Assembly: GCF_001194135.2 (NCBI RefSeq)
Contig: NC_069008.1
Span: forward strand, 16,204,565 to 16,268,564
Origin: Octopus bimaculoides
Lineage: Eukaryota
DNA length: 64,000 nt
Reading direction: 5' to 3'
Positions 11,985-27,614 of this stretch are shown one piece after another (within the stretch, counting starts at the first letter, position 1; every line of letters begins with the position of its first letter). The translations under genes were made by a program, and so were the position numbers. Below the pieces are notes generated by a model, which did not search any database, was not told where the DNA came from, and saw only the letters and a program-made list of their open reading frames with translations.

Positions 11985-12146
11985 GACATTATTTACATTT
12001 GACAGATATTTGTCTTCATCTTGTTTGTTGTTAACACAACGTTTCGGCTGATATACCCTCCAGCCTTCGTCAGGTGTCTTGGGGAAATTTCGAACCTGGG
12101 TTCTCATTCCTAACGTTGTTACTATTATATTATTATTATTATTATN
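11985..12146 (-). mobile_element. Hammerhead-containing SINE (family H), 3' body; head lost in the gap
   Basis: (TAA)n linker followed by ttaggaatgagaacccaggttcgaaatttccccaagacacctgacgaagg...; same body as 27.7, 38.9 and 53.3 kb. Confidence 0.8.
12033..12078 (-). ncRNA. Minimal type-I hammerhead ribozyme motif
   Basis: GACAC-CUGACGA-A-GGCUG(GAGGGUAUAU)CAGCC-GAAA-CG-U-U-GUGUU: complete core, 5-bp stems I and II, palindromic AACGUU stem III. Confidence 0.7.
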
Positions 12147-12403
12147 NNNNNNNNNNNNNNNNNNNNNNNNNNNNNNNNNNNNNNNNNNNNNNNNNNNNNN
12201 NNNNNNNNNNNNNNNNNNNNNNNNNNNNNNNNNNNNNNNNNNNNNNNNNNNNNNNNNNNNNNNNNNNNNNNNNNNNNNNNNNNNNNNNNNNNNNNNNNNN
12301 NNNNNNNNNNNNNNNNNNNNNNNNNNNNNNNNNNNNNNNNNNNNNNNNNNNNNNNNNNNNNNNNNNNNNNNNNNNNNNNNNNNNNNNNNNNNNNNNNNNN
12401 NNN

Positions 12404-12745
12404 TTCCAGTTGATCCGATCAACGGAACAGCCTGCTCGTGAAATTAACGTGCAAGTGGCTGAGCACTCCACAGACACGTGTACCCTTAACGTAGTTCTCG
12501 GGGGATATTCAGCGTGACAAGGCTGGACCCCTTTGAATTACAGGCACAACAGAAACAGGAAGTAAGAGTGAGAGAAAGTTGTGGTGAAAGAGTACAGCAG
12601 GGTTCGCCACCATCCCCTGTCGGAGCCTCGTGGAGCTTTAGGTGTTTTCGCTCAATAAACACTCACAACGCTCGGTCTGGGAATCGAAACTGCGATCCTA
12701 TGACCGTGAGTCCGCTGCCCTAACCACTGGGCCATTGCGCCTCCA
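12404..12745 (-). mobile_element. tRNA(Arg)-like SINE, family A
   Basis: Reverse complement of the family A consensus, including A box tggcccagtgg and B box gtttcgattccc. Confidence 0.85.
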
Positions 12746-13723
12746 CATTCATTGTATTACCTTATTTGGTATTCTCTGGCACCTTTTCAATCAACAGCTT
12801 TATCTCTCTTTCCAGATCTACATCAGTTCCGCAAAGCCATTTTTATATAATGTTGAGTAGCCAGTGTATAATTGTCTGCAACACCAAACTTGCTCTCCTG
12901 TCCCTGACCTCAAACTGCATAATCTTACACCGCTATCAAAGCTACATTAATTTCCTGAAGCCTGCTCNNNNNNNNNNNNNNNNNNNNNNNNNNNNNNNNN
13001 NNNNNNNNNNNNNNNNNNNNNNNNNNNNNNNNNNNNNNNNNNNNNNNNNNNNNNNNNNNNNNNNNNNNNNNNNNNNNNNNNNNNNNNNNNNNNNNNNNNN
13101 NNNNNNNNNNNNNNNNNNNNNNNNNNNNNNNNNNNNNNNNNNNNNNNNNNNNNNNNNNNNNNNNNNNNNNNNNNNNNNNNNNNNNNNNNNNNNNNNNNNN
13201 NNNNNNNNNNNNNNNNNNNNNNNNNNNNNNNNNNNNNNNNNNNNNNNNNNNNNNNNNNNNNNNNNNNNNNNNNNNNNNNNNNNNNNNNNNNNNNNNNNNN
13301 NNNATATATATATATATATTCCATTTATATATTTGTTTTGCAAGATTTTTGATGTGAAATCGTGTGTTGAAACAGATGTTGTTGTACTTGGGGATGGTCA
13401 TATTGCCAGTTTAGCCAATAAAATCACACGCACTATATTTGGTGTTAATTTGCTTCAGCTTTATATTACATTAATCCTATTTCGGCCAGAGTTCTTTTGT
13501 CACACTCTGTGACCTCATCAGTGGTCCTTTGCTTTCTTCTTTCTTATGTGTGTCCCACCTTGCTAACTGTCAGCTATTTTGTATTTTGTATGAGTATGGT
13601 TACTGTCAGGGGGTCAGTTTTTACTGCAAAGGGCACAAAAGTTAAGCCATGATTTAGCAGGGGAAACGGTTTTAAAATATTGGTGACTGTGGGATGTTCT
13701 AATGAATTTTGACAATGGTACAA

Positions 13724-14458
<735 letters not shown>

Positions 14459-15712
14459 TCACCACAGCATATAATTTCTTCTTTCTTGTTATAATTTATT
14501 CCTTAGAAATATTTCTACTGATATCAACTGTGATTTTATCGATATCTAAAAGTCTGCAAACTCCTTTGCAAATATATTCAACTTTAATTAGAATGCAAAA
14601 GCACCAGATAATGAGATGCAGAAATGGTGCTATGAATCTTCGCTCAGAGCAAATATTTCACAGTAATTCCAGTCTAGATTTATAGCAGTTGGGTTATTAT
14701 ATCTGTTCTCTCAAACGTTTTCTTTTAGTCTTTAAAAAAATTATAAATATTCCATATGTATCCAATGTTAAAAAAGTTATTTTGTGCCAAAGTCATCCAT
14801 TAATCTGAAATAATAAAGAAACAGTATTAGATATAGAGGAGAGATTAAAATGGAAATGTTACAACATTGATTAACAAAAGACATCATTTAACATTGGGTG
14901 AAATCTAAACATTTGTAAACTACAGCTACACCTTCACATTGTGTAACACACATATCTATATAAATCGCAGTGTCTTCAGAGTTCATCTGGCTCTGATTTC
15001 CAGTACTGTAATTAACAACTAAAGTTGTCGTGAGTGTGTCATTCCATGTCCTTTGGTGAAACTTAGTCTACTTAGGAACATTCTGCTCAACATGGCTCAC
15101 TGTAGCGTAGTGTTGTGTGNNNNNNNNNNNNNNNNNNNNNNNNNNNNNNNNNNNNNNNNNNNNNNNNNNNNNNNNNNNNNNNNNNNNNNNNNNNNNNNNN
15201 NNNNNNNNNNNNNNNNNNNNNNNNNNNNNNNNNNNNNNNNNNNNNNNNNNNNNNNNNNNNNNNNNNNNNNNNNNNNNNNNNNNNNNNNNNNNNNNNNNNN
15301 NNNNNNNNNNNNNNNNNNNNNNNNNNNNNNNNNNNNNNNNNNNNNNNNNNNNNNNNNNNNNNNNNNNNNNNNNNNNNNNNNNNNNNNNNNNNNNNNNNNN
15401 NNNNNNNNNNNNNNNNNNNNNNNNNNNNNNNNNNNNNNNNNNNNNNNNNNNNNNNNNNNNNNNNNNNNNNNNNNNNNNNNNNNNNNNNNNNNNNNNNNNN
15501 NNNNNNNNNNNNNNNNNNNNNNNNNNNNNNNNNNNNNNNNNNNNNNNNNNNNNNNNNNNNNNNNNNNNNNNNNNNNNNNNNNNNNNNNNNNNNNNNNNNN
15601 NNNNNNNNNNNNNNNNNNNNNNNNNNNNNNNNNNNNNNNNNNNNNNNNNNNNNNNCCTTTGAGATGATATTCTAAAAGATATATTTTATACTTCATTGTG
15701 ATTAACAATGCA

Positions 15713-15900
15713 TAAGGCGGCGAGCAGCCACAATCGTTTATACTGTGGACGGAATGCTTAGTGGTATTTCGCACGTCCCTATGTACTGAGTTCAAACTCC
15801 GCCGACGTCGACTTTATTTTTCATCCTTTTGGGGGTCGATGAAATAAGTACCATGGAAATACTGGACTCTGTGTAATCGACTCATTCCCTTCTCCCTCGT
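15713..15900 (+). mobile_element. tRNA-derived SINE, family C
   Basis: aaggcggcgagc...gagttcaaactccgccgacgtcgacttt...gggtcgatgaaataagtacc. Confidence 0.7.
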
Positions 15901-16796
15901 GGCATAATTTGAAACCATTACTATTAACATTGCTCAACTTGTATTCATCGTCACCAGTCTGTGAAGTATATTTTAAACACACAAGCTTGCACTCTCTCGT
16001 TGACTACCTTCAGACATCAAAGTCAATGGGAAATTAATTACAGGTATGAAATGCCGTGTTCTGGCATGACTTTCGGCAACCTTGTGGAACGTAAAGTTTT
16101 AGCGAATGTTGGCGGGGATAATTGGACGTAGAAATGTCCGAAAAGCGGTCACTCATCCTCTTTGTATAAACCGGACAAAACCTTCCGAATGGAAGGTGTT
16201 TCTGCATGTATTAACACATTAAGCGCGAAGGGCCACCATCGTGGCCGTCAAGCACAGGTCGACAGGCTACGATCGTGGCCCAGATAGATGCATTTAAGGG
16301 CGTTCGTTGGGGTCTAATGTCACTCAAACGCTCCAATACCCCGCCCCCAGAATGCGAGAAGACTAACAGTTCAACTAATGGCTTTTCAGATTATGTAAAA
16401 CTTACCACCATTATATACTAAGATATTTTAAACTATTCGTTGTTTTTTATGTGTGCACGGTAGTCTCATCTTCATAAAATGTGCTCAGCAGTCCATGCTG
16501 TGTAAATGCAAATCCCATCGCTTTATATGTTAAATCAGTGGTTCCCAAAGTGGGTGGTGTTGCCCATCTGGGGCGGTGGAAAGTTCCAAGGGGGCACTGA
16601 AGAAAAGTGGGATGATAATGGGGGGGGGGGGAGTGATTCATGTGAAAACAAAATAACAGAACTACGATGACTAAGATTAAAGTGAAGGCTTTACAGATTA
16701 CTGTGAAGCCCACAGGACTAACTCAGGGTCAATCAGGGAAAAAGACCTTAAAATGTTGGTTGTTAAGAGATGCAATGAATTTTGACAATGATATAG

Positions 16797-17050
16797 TTAC
16801 ACTTTTGTATGGATAGATATATATTTGGTTAAGAGAGAGAATGATTTACCACAGAAATCACAGGGATATGGTTTGTCCCTTGTATGAATACATTTGTGAT
16901 TCATGACATTATTATATGTGAATGATTTACCACAGACATCACAGTGAAATGGACTCTCTCTCGTATTAATATATTTGTATTTAGGCAACGTTTCTGAGTG
17001 AAAGACCTTTTAAATATGCTAATGGCAGTTTCCCTTTCAACATGTCTTCA
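16797..17050 (-). pseudogene. ZNF relic A (about 3 decayed terminal fingers)
   Basis: [50 protein letters not shown] with deletions, no leader or promoter; paralogous to relic B. Confidence 0.8.
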
Positions 17051-19410
17051 GTCGTCCCTTATTTTACTTTAACCAGCACATCTGTGGATACATTTCCTGT
17101 TTTTGTTCTACAGATCTAGTCTCTCTCATTCACAAAATGAACCCCTTTTAATTTTGCTCAGATTGCATTCAATCTGGGTGCATCGATGGAACTCTGAAGT
17201 TTGATTACGATCAACAAATTCCTTCATTTCATAAATTAAAGAATCTAGTGCTGTTTGGAATTAAAGTCGAGGAATTTGGCTAACTTTAGCCAATCAACAG
17301 ACAGCAAGGCATTAACAGCTTGTTACCATGACAACTACACATTATGTTGGTTCTTCACACCATGAGATTTACTTCACCCATGTTTTAATAAAAATTTATA
17401 ATTTATCAATTAGAATCTTATAGATATTTTTTATTCAATTCTCTTAATATTTTTCACATATAATGAGAGTTGTTTATGATGTTTATACAGTTTCTTGGCA
17501 TTGTGAAGGTGAATTAAACATGTGAACTTACTACAGATAATTTGACATTATTTTTGAATTCTGCAAAAAACCTAAGATACAGATATTCTTTTCCTTGGGA
17601 CAAATTCTTTGTTGACCAGTGTTATTCTTATTGTAGTTTACAAATCCAAGCATGGAAACTTTCCTCAACTTCGAAGTTTTGGAGACAGACGCCTCCTTTT
17701 CACACACACACATATATTAATGATGTACACAAATACATGACAGGTAATACATAAGGAAATATGCATAAAGTAAACACATGCAGACAAATATAATCAATAT
17801 AACAATAATTTTTGAAAAGTAATTAAGCCATACAATCAATGAAGAGACAAAAGAAACAGTAAGATGGTACATGTTGATTTTATTAGGTATTTCAGTTTAT
17901 TTACAAACCTACAATGAAGATTCATTTCACTGAGACTAAACCACAAATTTCAAGAGTACAACTATGAAGTTGACATTGCTCTGCTAAATGCAGAAAATTT
18001 CTGTCTCGCTACTGGATAAAAATACAGTTTTTATGATTTTTAAACCTCTAATTTTTTTCTTCACAACATTATACCTTCATAGCAATTAGACTGGGAAACT
18101 ATATTATTATAGCCAAGTTTCAGATTTTGTACTGTCTTTTAAAAAATGCATATTTTGCAAATGGAAAGAACTTAGATCCATTATTCCTCACAAACATTGC
18201 TTTATGCTATCTTTCCATCGACAGTAATCCTTCTTGATATCTGAGAAGATTCTGAAATTATCCAAGTTTAACTTCATTACAAAATCTTGTAGACATTCCA
18301 AATATTGCAGAAGAGAAATGTTGCTATCAATCTTAGCTGAGAAGAATATTTCACTGGAATTCTCTGGAGTTGGGCTTTCAATGCCTTCTTGCCTTCACCG
18401 TGAATAACACCTGACCTTTCTACCTTCACTTTCAGAAGACAAGCAAAAGAATTTTCAAAGACTGACTCAGAAAAGTAGAAAAAAAAAAATAATGTAAAAA
18501 ATTCCCAGCATAAAATCAGCATCATTTTCATGTATATCGCCAGTTTCTGAAGGAAGAGGGGAAATAAGCTGGCAAATTTCTTAGTGATATTTCATTTGTC
18601 CTTATGTTCTGCGTTCAGACTCTGCAGGGGTCAACTTTGCCTTTCATCCTCTCGTGGCCAATTATTGAATCACCAATTCAGATTTAGATGAAGATACCGA
18701 AGCCTTTCGATTTCAATTTCCAGTCATCTTCTGCTCTGAAATGTCTCCAGTCTCAACAAATTTGGACAAGATGTCACAGGAGAGCTTATTCCGTCAATTG
18801 AAGATATCCACAGTTATGGTTCATGGCATTTGCATTCTTCTTCATTCACCCAATTCTCTTATGACTGTGAATCACATGTTTATGACAAAATTTGATTTGT
18901 ACAGAGAAAATATCCAGATTCTCGTCTTTGGTAAAGATCCTAGGCTGATTTATTTTCACTAAACTCTCCACAAATTCAAGAAATGGTTTATCCACAACCT
19001 TATGCTTTTTCTTGGGAGTGTAAGGAACAACATTTCCCTATCTTCTTTCTTCTCACCTCCAAAACACAATCTTCAACTTGGTCCCTTCCTTCATTTCTTT
19101 CCATAACTTTATAAACATGGATGAAATGCTGATAGGAATTTTTACCAGACATGCTAGCAACTCTGCCAACTTGCCATCTTATTATTTACTCACAACATTA
19201 AATATAATGACAGTATCTTTCCTATATCCATGAAGTATGTTATATGGAATAGATATACAACAATCTGATACATGAAACAGGTATGGTTACTGTCAAGGGG
19301 TCAATGATTACTGTTAAGGGCACAAAAGTTAAGCCATGATTTAGCAGGGGGAATGGTTTTGAAATATTGGTTGTTGTTGGGTGTTCTAATGAACTTTTAC
19401 AATGATACAA

Positions 19411-21097
<1,687 letters not shown>

Positions 21098-23428
21098 TTC
21101 TCTAAGGGATACAAAGAAACCCAACCATTGAAGTTTCTCACAGTATTAAAATTTTCCCTTATCTTCTCTCACCACAGCATATAATTTCCTTTCTCTTCTT
21201 CTTCTTCTTGTTATAATTTATTCCTTAGAAATATTTCAAGTATTATCAACTGTGATTTTATTGATATCTAAAATTCTGCAAACCCCTTTGTAAATATATT
21301 CAAGTTCAGATCAGAGCAAATATTTCACAGTAATTCCAGTCTAGATTTATTGCAGTTGGGTTATTATATCTCTTCTCTAAAGCATTTTCTGTTAGTCTTT
21401 AGAACATGATAAATATTCCAGATGTATCCAATGTTAAAAAAGTTGTTTTGTGCCAAAGTCATCCATTAATCTGAAATAAAGAAACAATATTAGATATAGA
21501 GGAGAGATTAAAATGGAAATGTTGCAACATTTCTATACTGATTAACAAATGACATCATATAACATTGGGTGAAATCTAAAAATTTGTAAACTCCAACTAC
21601 ACCCTCACAGTGTGTAACATTTTATCTGTCAGGCACACTGTGGCCACCAACAGAATGTTATAGTCAAATCTTCTGAGTGTCTGACAATATATGCTTAGAT
21701 TGCAAATAAAAGTGTAAGGGGGGGGGGGCTAGCTGTTTGCATGATGATAGCATTTATTGTTTAATCTCCAATCATCATCAACCAAGGGGCAACAGTTTGG
21801 CGTGCAGCTGTCTTCAAGAATTTTGCGTTTCTCATTTTCACCGTCTCTTCGTTGCATGGTGTGTCGTTTTAGATTTCACTCTTTTACTTGTTTCAGTCTT
21901 TTGACTGTGGCCATGCTGGAGCACCGCCTTTAGTCGAGCAAATCGACCCCAGGACTTAGTCTTTNNNNNNNNNNNNNNNNNNNNNNNNNNNNNNNNNNNN
22001 NNNNNNNNNNNNNNNNNNNNNNNNNNNNNNNNNNNNNNNNNNNNNNNNNNNNNNNNNNNNNNNNNNNNNNNNNNNNNNNNNNNNNNNNNNNNNNNNNNNN
22101 NNNNNNNNNNNNNNNNNNNNNNNNNNNNNNNNNNNNNNNNNNNNNNNNNNNNNNNNNNNNNNNNNNNNNNNNNNNNNNNNNNNNNNNNNNNNNNNNNNNN
22201 NNNNNNNNNNNNNNNNNNNNNNNNNNNNNNNNNNNNNNNNNNNNNNNNNNNNNNNNNNNNNNNNNNNNNNNNNNNNNNNNNNNNNNNNNNNNNNNNNNNN
22301 NNNNNNNNNNNNNNNNNNNNNNNNNNNNNNNNNNNNNNNNNNNNNNNNNNNNNNNNNNNNNNNNNNNNNNNNNNNNNNNNNNNNNNNNNNNNNNNNNNNN
22401 NNNNNNNNNNNNNNNNNNNNNNNNNNNNNNNNNNNNNNNNNNNNNNNNNNNNNNNNNNNNNNNNNNNNNNNNNNNNNNNNNNNNNNNNNNNNNNNNNNNN
22501 NNNNNNNNNNNNNNNNNNNNNNNNNNNNNNNNNNNNNNNNNNNNNNNNNNNNNNNNNNNNNNNNNNNNNNNNNNNNNNNNNNNNNNNNNNNNNNNNNNNN
22601 NNNNNNNNNNNNNNNNNNNNNNNNNNNNNNNNNNNNNNNNNNNNNNNNNNNNNNNNNNNNNNNNNNNNNNNNNNNNNNNNNNNNNNNNNNNNNNNNNNNN
22701 NNNNNNNNNNNNNNNNNNNNNNNNNNNNNNNNNNNNNNNNNNNNNNNNNNNNNNNNNNNNNNNNNNNNNNNNNNNNNNNNNNNNNNNNNNNNNNNNNNNN
22801 NNNNNNNNNNNNNNNNNNNNNNNNNNNNNNNNNNNNNNNNNNNNNNNNNNNNNNNNNNNNNNNNNNAACCCTGTAGTTATGCCAAAAAGAGTACATACTT
22901 GTTGTAATTTGGTTATCTATAGTCCGATGATATTTCGGAATTACAATTCCTTCTTCAGATCTTCTTAGCTGGAGTCTCAATAATTTATAGAATTAAACAG
23001 AAGCGTGCTTTCCGGAATACGGTGCAGAAGCATTTCATGATGGGGTAAAACAATGTCCTAAATGAATGAGAGTTTACAAATCCAAAGAAAGTGTACGCAG
23101 CAGAATAAAACATCACTTACTGTTACGAAACAATGTGGAACATGATAAATGTTCAAATAATCCGTAGACAGTTATCAAGTTCTAGAATATTCTTCTATTA
23201 TATATTTTCTCCGTGGGATTGAGTTGAGACACAAATATAATACATATTATTCGCTTGACATCCTCGTCAACAAGAGACAGGAGGTAGCGTGTATCTATGC
23301 GCGATGCTGGCTGTTGATTGAACCAACCAAATCACGCAGAGCTGGATGCAGATATTGACAAAGGGAAAGTAGTCCTCCAACAGGTTGAACGAAATCTACT
23401 TTATTTATATGTAGTAATTATCATGTTA

Positions 23429-23779
23429 GTGGAGGCGCAATGGCCCAGTGGTTAGGGCAGCGGACTCGCGGTCGTAGGATCGATTCCCAGACCGGGCGTT
23501 GTGAGTGTTTATTGAGCAAAAACACCTAAAGCTCCACGAGGCTCCGGCAGAGGATGGTGGCGAACCCTGCTGTACTCTTTCACCACAACTTTCTCTCACT
23601 CTTTCTTCCTGTTTCTGTTGTGCCTGTAATTCAAAGGGTCAGCCTTGTCACACTGTGTCACGCTGAATATCCCCGAGAACTACGTTAAGGGTACACGTGT
23701 CTGTGGAGTGCTCAGCCACTTGCACGTTAATTTCACGAGCAGGCTGTTCCGTTGATCGGATCAACTGGAACCCTCGACG
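23429..23779 (+). mobile_element. tRNA(Arg)-like SINE, family A, with TGTTA target duplication
   Basis: Flanked by tgtta at 23424-23428 and 23780-23784; the paralogous empty site is at about 60938-60950. Confidence 0.88.
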
Positions 23780-24054
23780 TGTTAAGGTGAACGTTAGTGT
23801 TTGTGAATAAGATGGGGGAGACTTAAGTATTTCAGGGTCGGTGTAGCATCACATTCATGATTAACTATTTCATTTCATCATAACTTTACATCGTTAATTG
23901 GTTGTTCCCTATTTTGCAGGACAGGGGAAATGACTTTTAATTAACAACAAATCAATCAATAAACTTTCCACACCCTTCTCTACTTTTCAGCTGGAATTTA
24001 AATCGAAAGCACAACTTTTTACGTCGCTATTGTTGCATATATAGTAGCACGTTT

Positions 24055-26720
24055 CTACTGCTCTGCAGTCTTGAATAATCGTCCCCGCCGCTTAATTTTT
24101 CAGACCCCCGACTCTTATTTATTTTTCAGATTTCTTGCCCACCACATCCGCTTTTATCCCCGCACCACTCCACACGCTTATTAATTTCTAAGATTCTCTT
24201 CTGCCCCACTTTTATTCAAACCCTTCCCCCCTATTAAATTTTAGTAATCTACCTCCGGTGAAATTTTATTGTAAGCTATTTGTATTGATGCAACAGCTGG
24301 CAGATCTAATAATTTTATTTTACTTTAAAATCGTCATACATATATGACAAAAAAAAAAAACATTACAAATTATACCATGTTATAAAATGAACAGGATATA
24401 TAAACTAAAATAATTCTGGGTTTAAAAAAACCATCAAGGGTGACAGCCCTTCAACATTTTAGGGCATTCATAACCTTTAACCCTAAGAAAAACAATCATT
24501 TCAAGACACAACACAGGACATATTATAAACTGGGAAAATGCTGTCAGAAAATATGCATTATATCCAGCCAGAGTCTATAAAGACTTGAGGCTGGATAACT
24601 GCCCCAGTCTGCAACATATGTGTGAGTTTGCTGCAACTCCACACTGTAGTAAACAAATCTTCATTTTCAATTTCTCTACCACTCACCGACACAAATTCCC
24701 TGCAAACTAAGAACTTCAATGACGAATTGTTTATCCTTACAGGACAAGCTTTTGACAAAATAAGGATTTAACAACATAAACACGACTCAAGTAATTTCTT
24801 TTTGACCTTTTTTCATAATATCTTGACAGAGAAAAGTGTATTTCGTGCTGCGACGTATGGAAATTCTTCTATAAAAGAAAAGCAAGCCGTTGCTTTCGTG
24901 GTAAACAAATGCAAAGAAGAGTATGATTCTAAATTAGAGCAAATATAAGGGGAAACTCATTGGGATACTGAAAGGAAACCCCATATCCCAGACACCCCAA
25001 TACACAGGTATCTCGCCAAAGAAGTTCATTTGTTTTTACTCAAATTTGGCCGGTGTCAAAAACTCTGATGGACTATTTGGGTTCTGCTGTTAAAATAGCT
25101 AAACACTTCTATGAAAAATATCTGAAAAGCAAACTTCACAGCACTGAAAGAAATCCAAAGAAACATTTCAGAGTCGCTGGAGGAGATCGTAAAACAAAAA
25201 GCACCAGGTATGAGAGATACCTTGTTTGAAGTGGTTTGTGGATGTTAAAGCATTACTGCATGTGAGATTACCACAAGCTCTTTTCCTATTAGAGGCTGAG
25301 AAATTTTATGAGGAGTGGATTCGCCAACGCCCAGACACACCAACTGAGGACAAGCTTTGTATTTCAAGAAGCTGGATGAAAGGTTGGCAAAAAGAGTATG
25401 GGGTATCACTGAAATTTCTAAACAAATGCATTTGAATCTCCAAAGAGCAATGTGTTGGGTGCATTCAGGATTATTTGAAGAACATATGATGTGTGCATCA
25501 TTATTTCCTTGACAAATTTGGTGTAGATCAAATGTCCTTGCACCAGAATAAAAGTGGCAGACAATCTACTTTATCGTTCAGAAATCAAGATACGTTCATC
25601 AAAGAAAACCATCATTTGTCCAGGGAACGTATCACAGTGTTCACCCAGGTTAGCAATGATGCCAAAATCAATCTTATCCCAGAGTTTGTATTTAAAGGAA
25701 CTGGAACAAGACCACCACTACTGAATGCCGAGCATACAATGAAATATCAAGAGGTTCCTATAAATTAGAACAGCCGCTCTGTACTATTGAAAACCTTCCA
25801 AACCATTTCAATATGTTTTCACATGCAAATTTGCCGTTTATGTGCTTGGTGATTACATGGTGCATTTGATGCCGGAGGTGAGAGATACCCTCTGGAAAAG
25901 GGTTATGTGCTAGTGAGCATCGGTAGTGGTATCATCCGATTTCTTCAAATTAGCGACACATACTTTCACAAACAATTGAAAGCAAAATATGGTGAAATAG
26001 AGAAACGAAAGATGCTAAAGAAATTAGTTCAAACACCGAATAAGACACTCACGCCCCATCAATCTGAGATGATGCAGATGCTACAACAGACACATGCAGA
26101 TTGCAATATTGATGTCGAAGCTGATTTCAAGTCGACGTGGGACACAAACACTTCGAATGGGTCTGAAGATTATAAGCTGTCAGACCGAATCATGCACCTT
26201 GTCGGTCCGTCGACGCGAGAGTTTTGTCTAGAGATGACTTGAAAACCCTGCCCAAATACTATTCAGAGAGTCATTAAGAACTTAATTCCACTGAAAGGGG
26301 TCAAATGTGGAAACAATATTCAAGGCTCAGAGCTATTTGATGGTGACAGCATTGAGGAAAAAGCTGCCAAAAAGTGAGTCAGAAGATGAAAGCAAGCCAT
26401 CTGGGACTCTTTTGGAGGTGATTGACCCATCTGGAGGAATCACCATGGAGATTTCGCAGGAACCAAAGCACGGTCGGCCAAACATGATGACAGTAAGCTC
26501 TATTTCTTTTGTTGGAAGCAGCAGTGACGACCAGGTTAATAAAGTTGCCCTGTTCCTAGCAAAAAATACAGAAGGTGTCGGATGAAAACACGACTTCTAC
26601 ACTTTTTTTGCCATACAGAAACAAACTCATGTCAACTGCCAGTGAAGCATGGCGATCCATAAAGAAGCGAATATCGAAACCAAGAAACCTGCAGAGGGAC
26701 AGTGATGAAAAATCATGAGT
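24055..26720 (+). mobile_element. Decayed pogo-like (Tc1/mariner superfamily, DDE_1-type) DNA transposon
   Basis: Fragmented ORFs: KHFRVAGGDRKTKAP, WFVDVKALLHVRLP...WMKGWQKEYGVSL, DQMSLHQNKS...KENHHLSRERITVFTQVS...PEFVFKGTGTR, LQISDTYFHKQLKAKY...NGSEDYKLSD. The block is absent from the paralogous flanks at 38.1-38.3 and 52.5-52.75 kb, which sets the approximate boundaries. Confidence 0.75.
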
Positions 26721-27429
26721 CTATAGCGGCTGTTGTTGGCTGTTATTAAATGGAAAAAAAGGTTACTATGAATCATGCTAAAACAGTTTCGTGTATAAAT
26801 ATAATGTTTATTCTGTGCTCACCTTTTGTGGTGGAAGCATGTAGTTTGATACAAAAACATGTGTGCTTACATACAAAGAAAGTTTTGATTTTTGCTTTTG
26901 CACTGAAAGAAGTAACATATAATATTTGTATTACAGTATCTATGCATGTGTGTGATGAGAACAGTCATTTTGAGAATGTGTGTGTGATAACAAAATATCT
27001 TCATTTACAAAATATCTTATGTCAAGGTGAATAGACATGTAACATGTGTGAAGCTGCAGTGGAGACGTGTGTCTTTGACCAAGGCCTGGCAGTAACTGAG
27101 ATCGTTTCTGCAGTGTAGCTCAGAACGAGGCTACTGTATCAAAGCGAGGCTAGCTACATCGATATGTTTGTCTGCTGTGCAGGACGACTGTAGCGCCTCT
27201 GGTCACACGTTATTACACCTCAGTTATGTCGCTATGATACATAGCTTCCTGCTAGACTTGAAAAAGTCAAAAAGAGGTAACGAAATGGCGTATGCAAATA
27301 TGCAGTGCAGAATGCAGGTAAGAACATGGAATACAAGCAGAAGAATGCAATGCAACAAAGAATGAGAAACTAAAATGAGAAAGCAGAGTATGGTAAGGGT
27401 AAACAGAACATGAACACAAAGAGATAAGT

Positions 27430-27613
27430 AAAATGTTCAATACAGTTCTATATTTAAGAGATGAGGAATTATTTACATTATTTACATTATTTACATTTGA
27501 CGGATATTTCTCCTCATCTTGTTTGTTGTTAACACAACATTTCGGCTGATATACCCTCCAGCCTTCGTCAGGTGTCTTGGGGAAATATCGAACCTGGGTT
27601 CTCATTCCTAACA
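27430..27613 (-). mobile_element. Family H body (inverted copy) with hammerhead at 27531-27576
   Basis: Reverse complement of the family H body; CUGACGA core intact, stem III reads GAAAUGUU. Confidence 0.8.
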
Positions 27614-27614
27614 A

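Noticed and set aside
18277-18531. Paralogous ORFs MKMMLILCWEFFTLFF... (18277-18531 and 53836-54285)
   Set aside because: Only the first 50 or so codons agree, the ends diverge, the frame crosses a poly-T tract and no domain is recognisable; similarity is explained by flank duplication.
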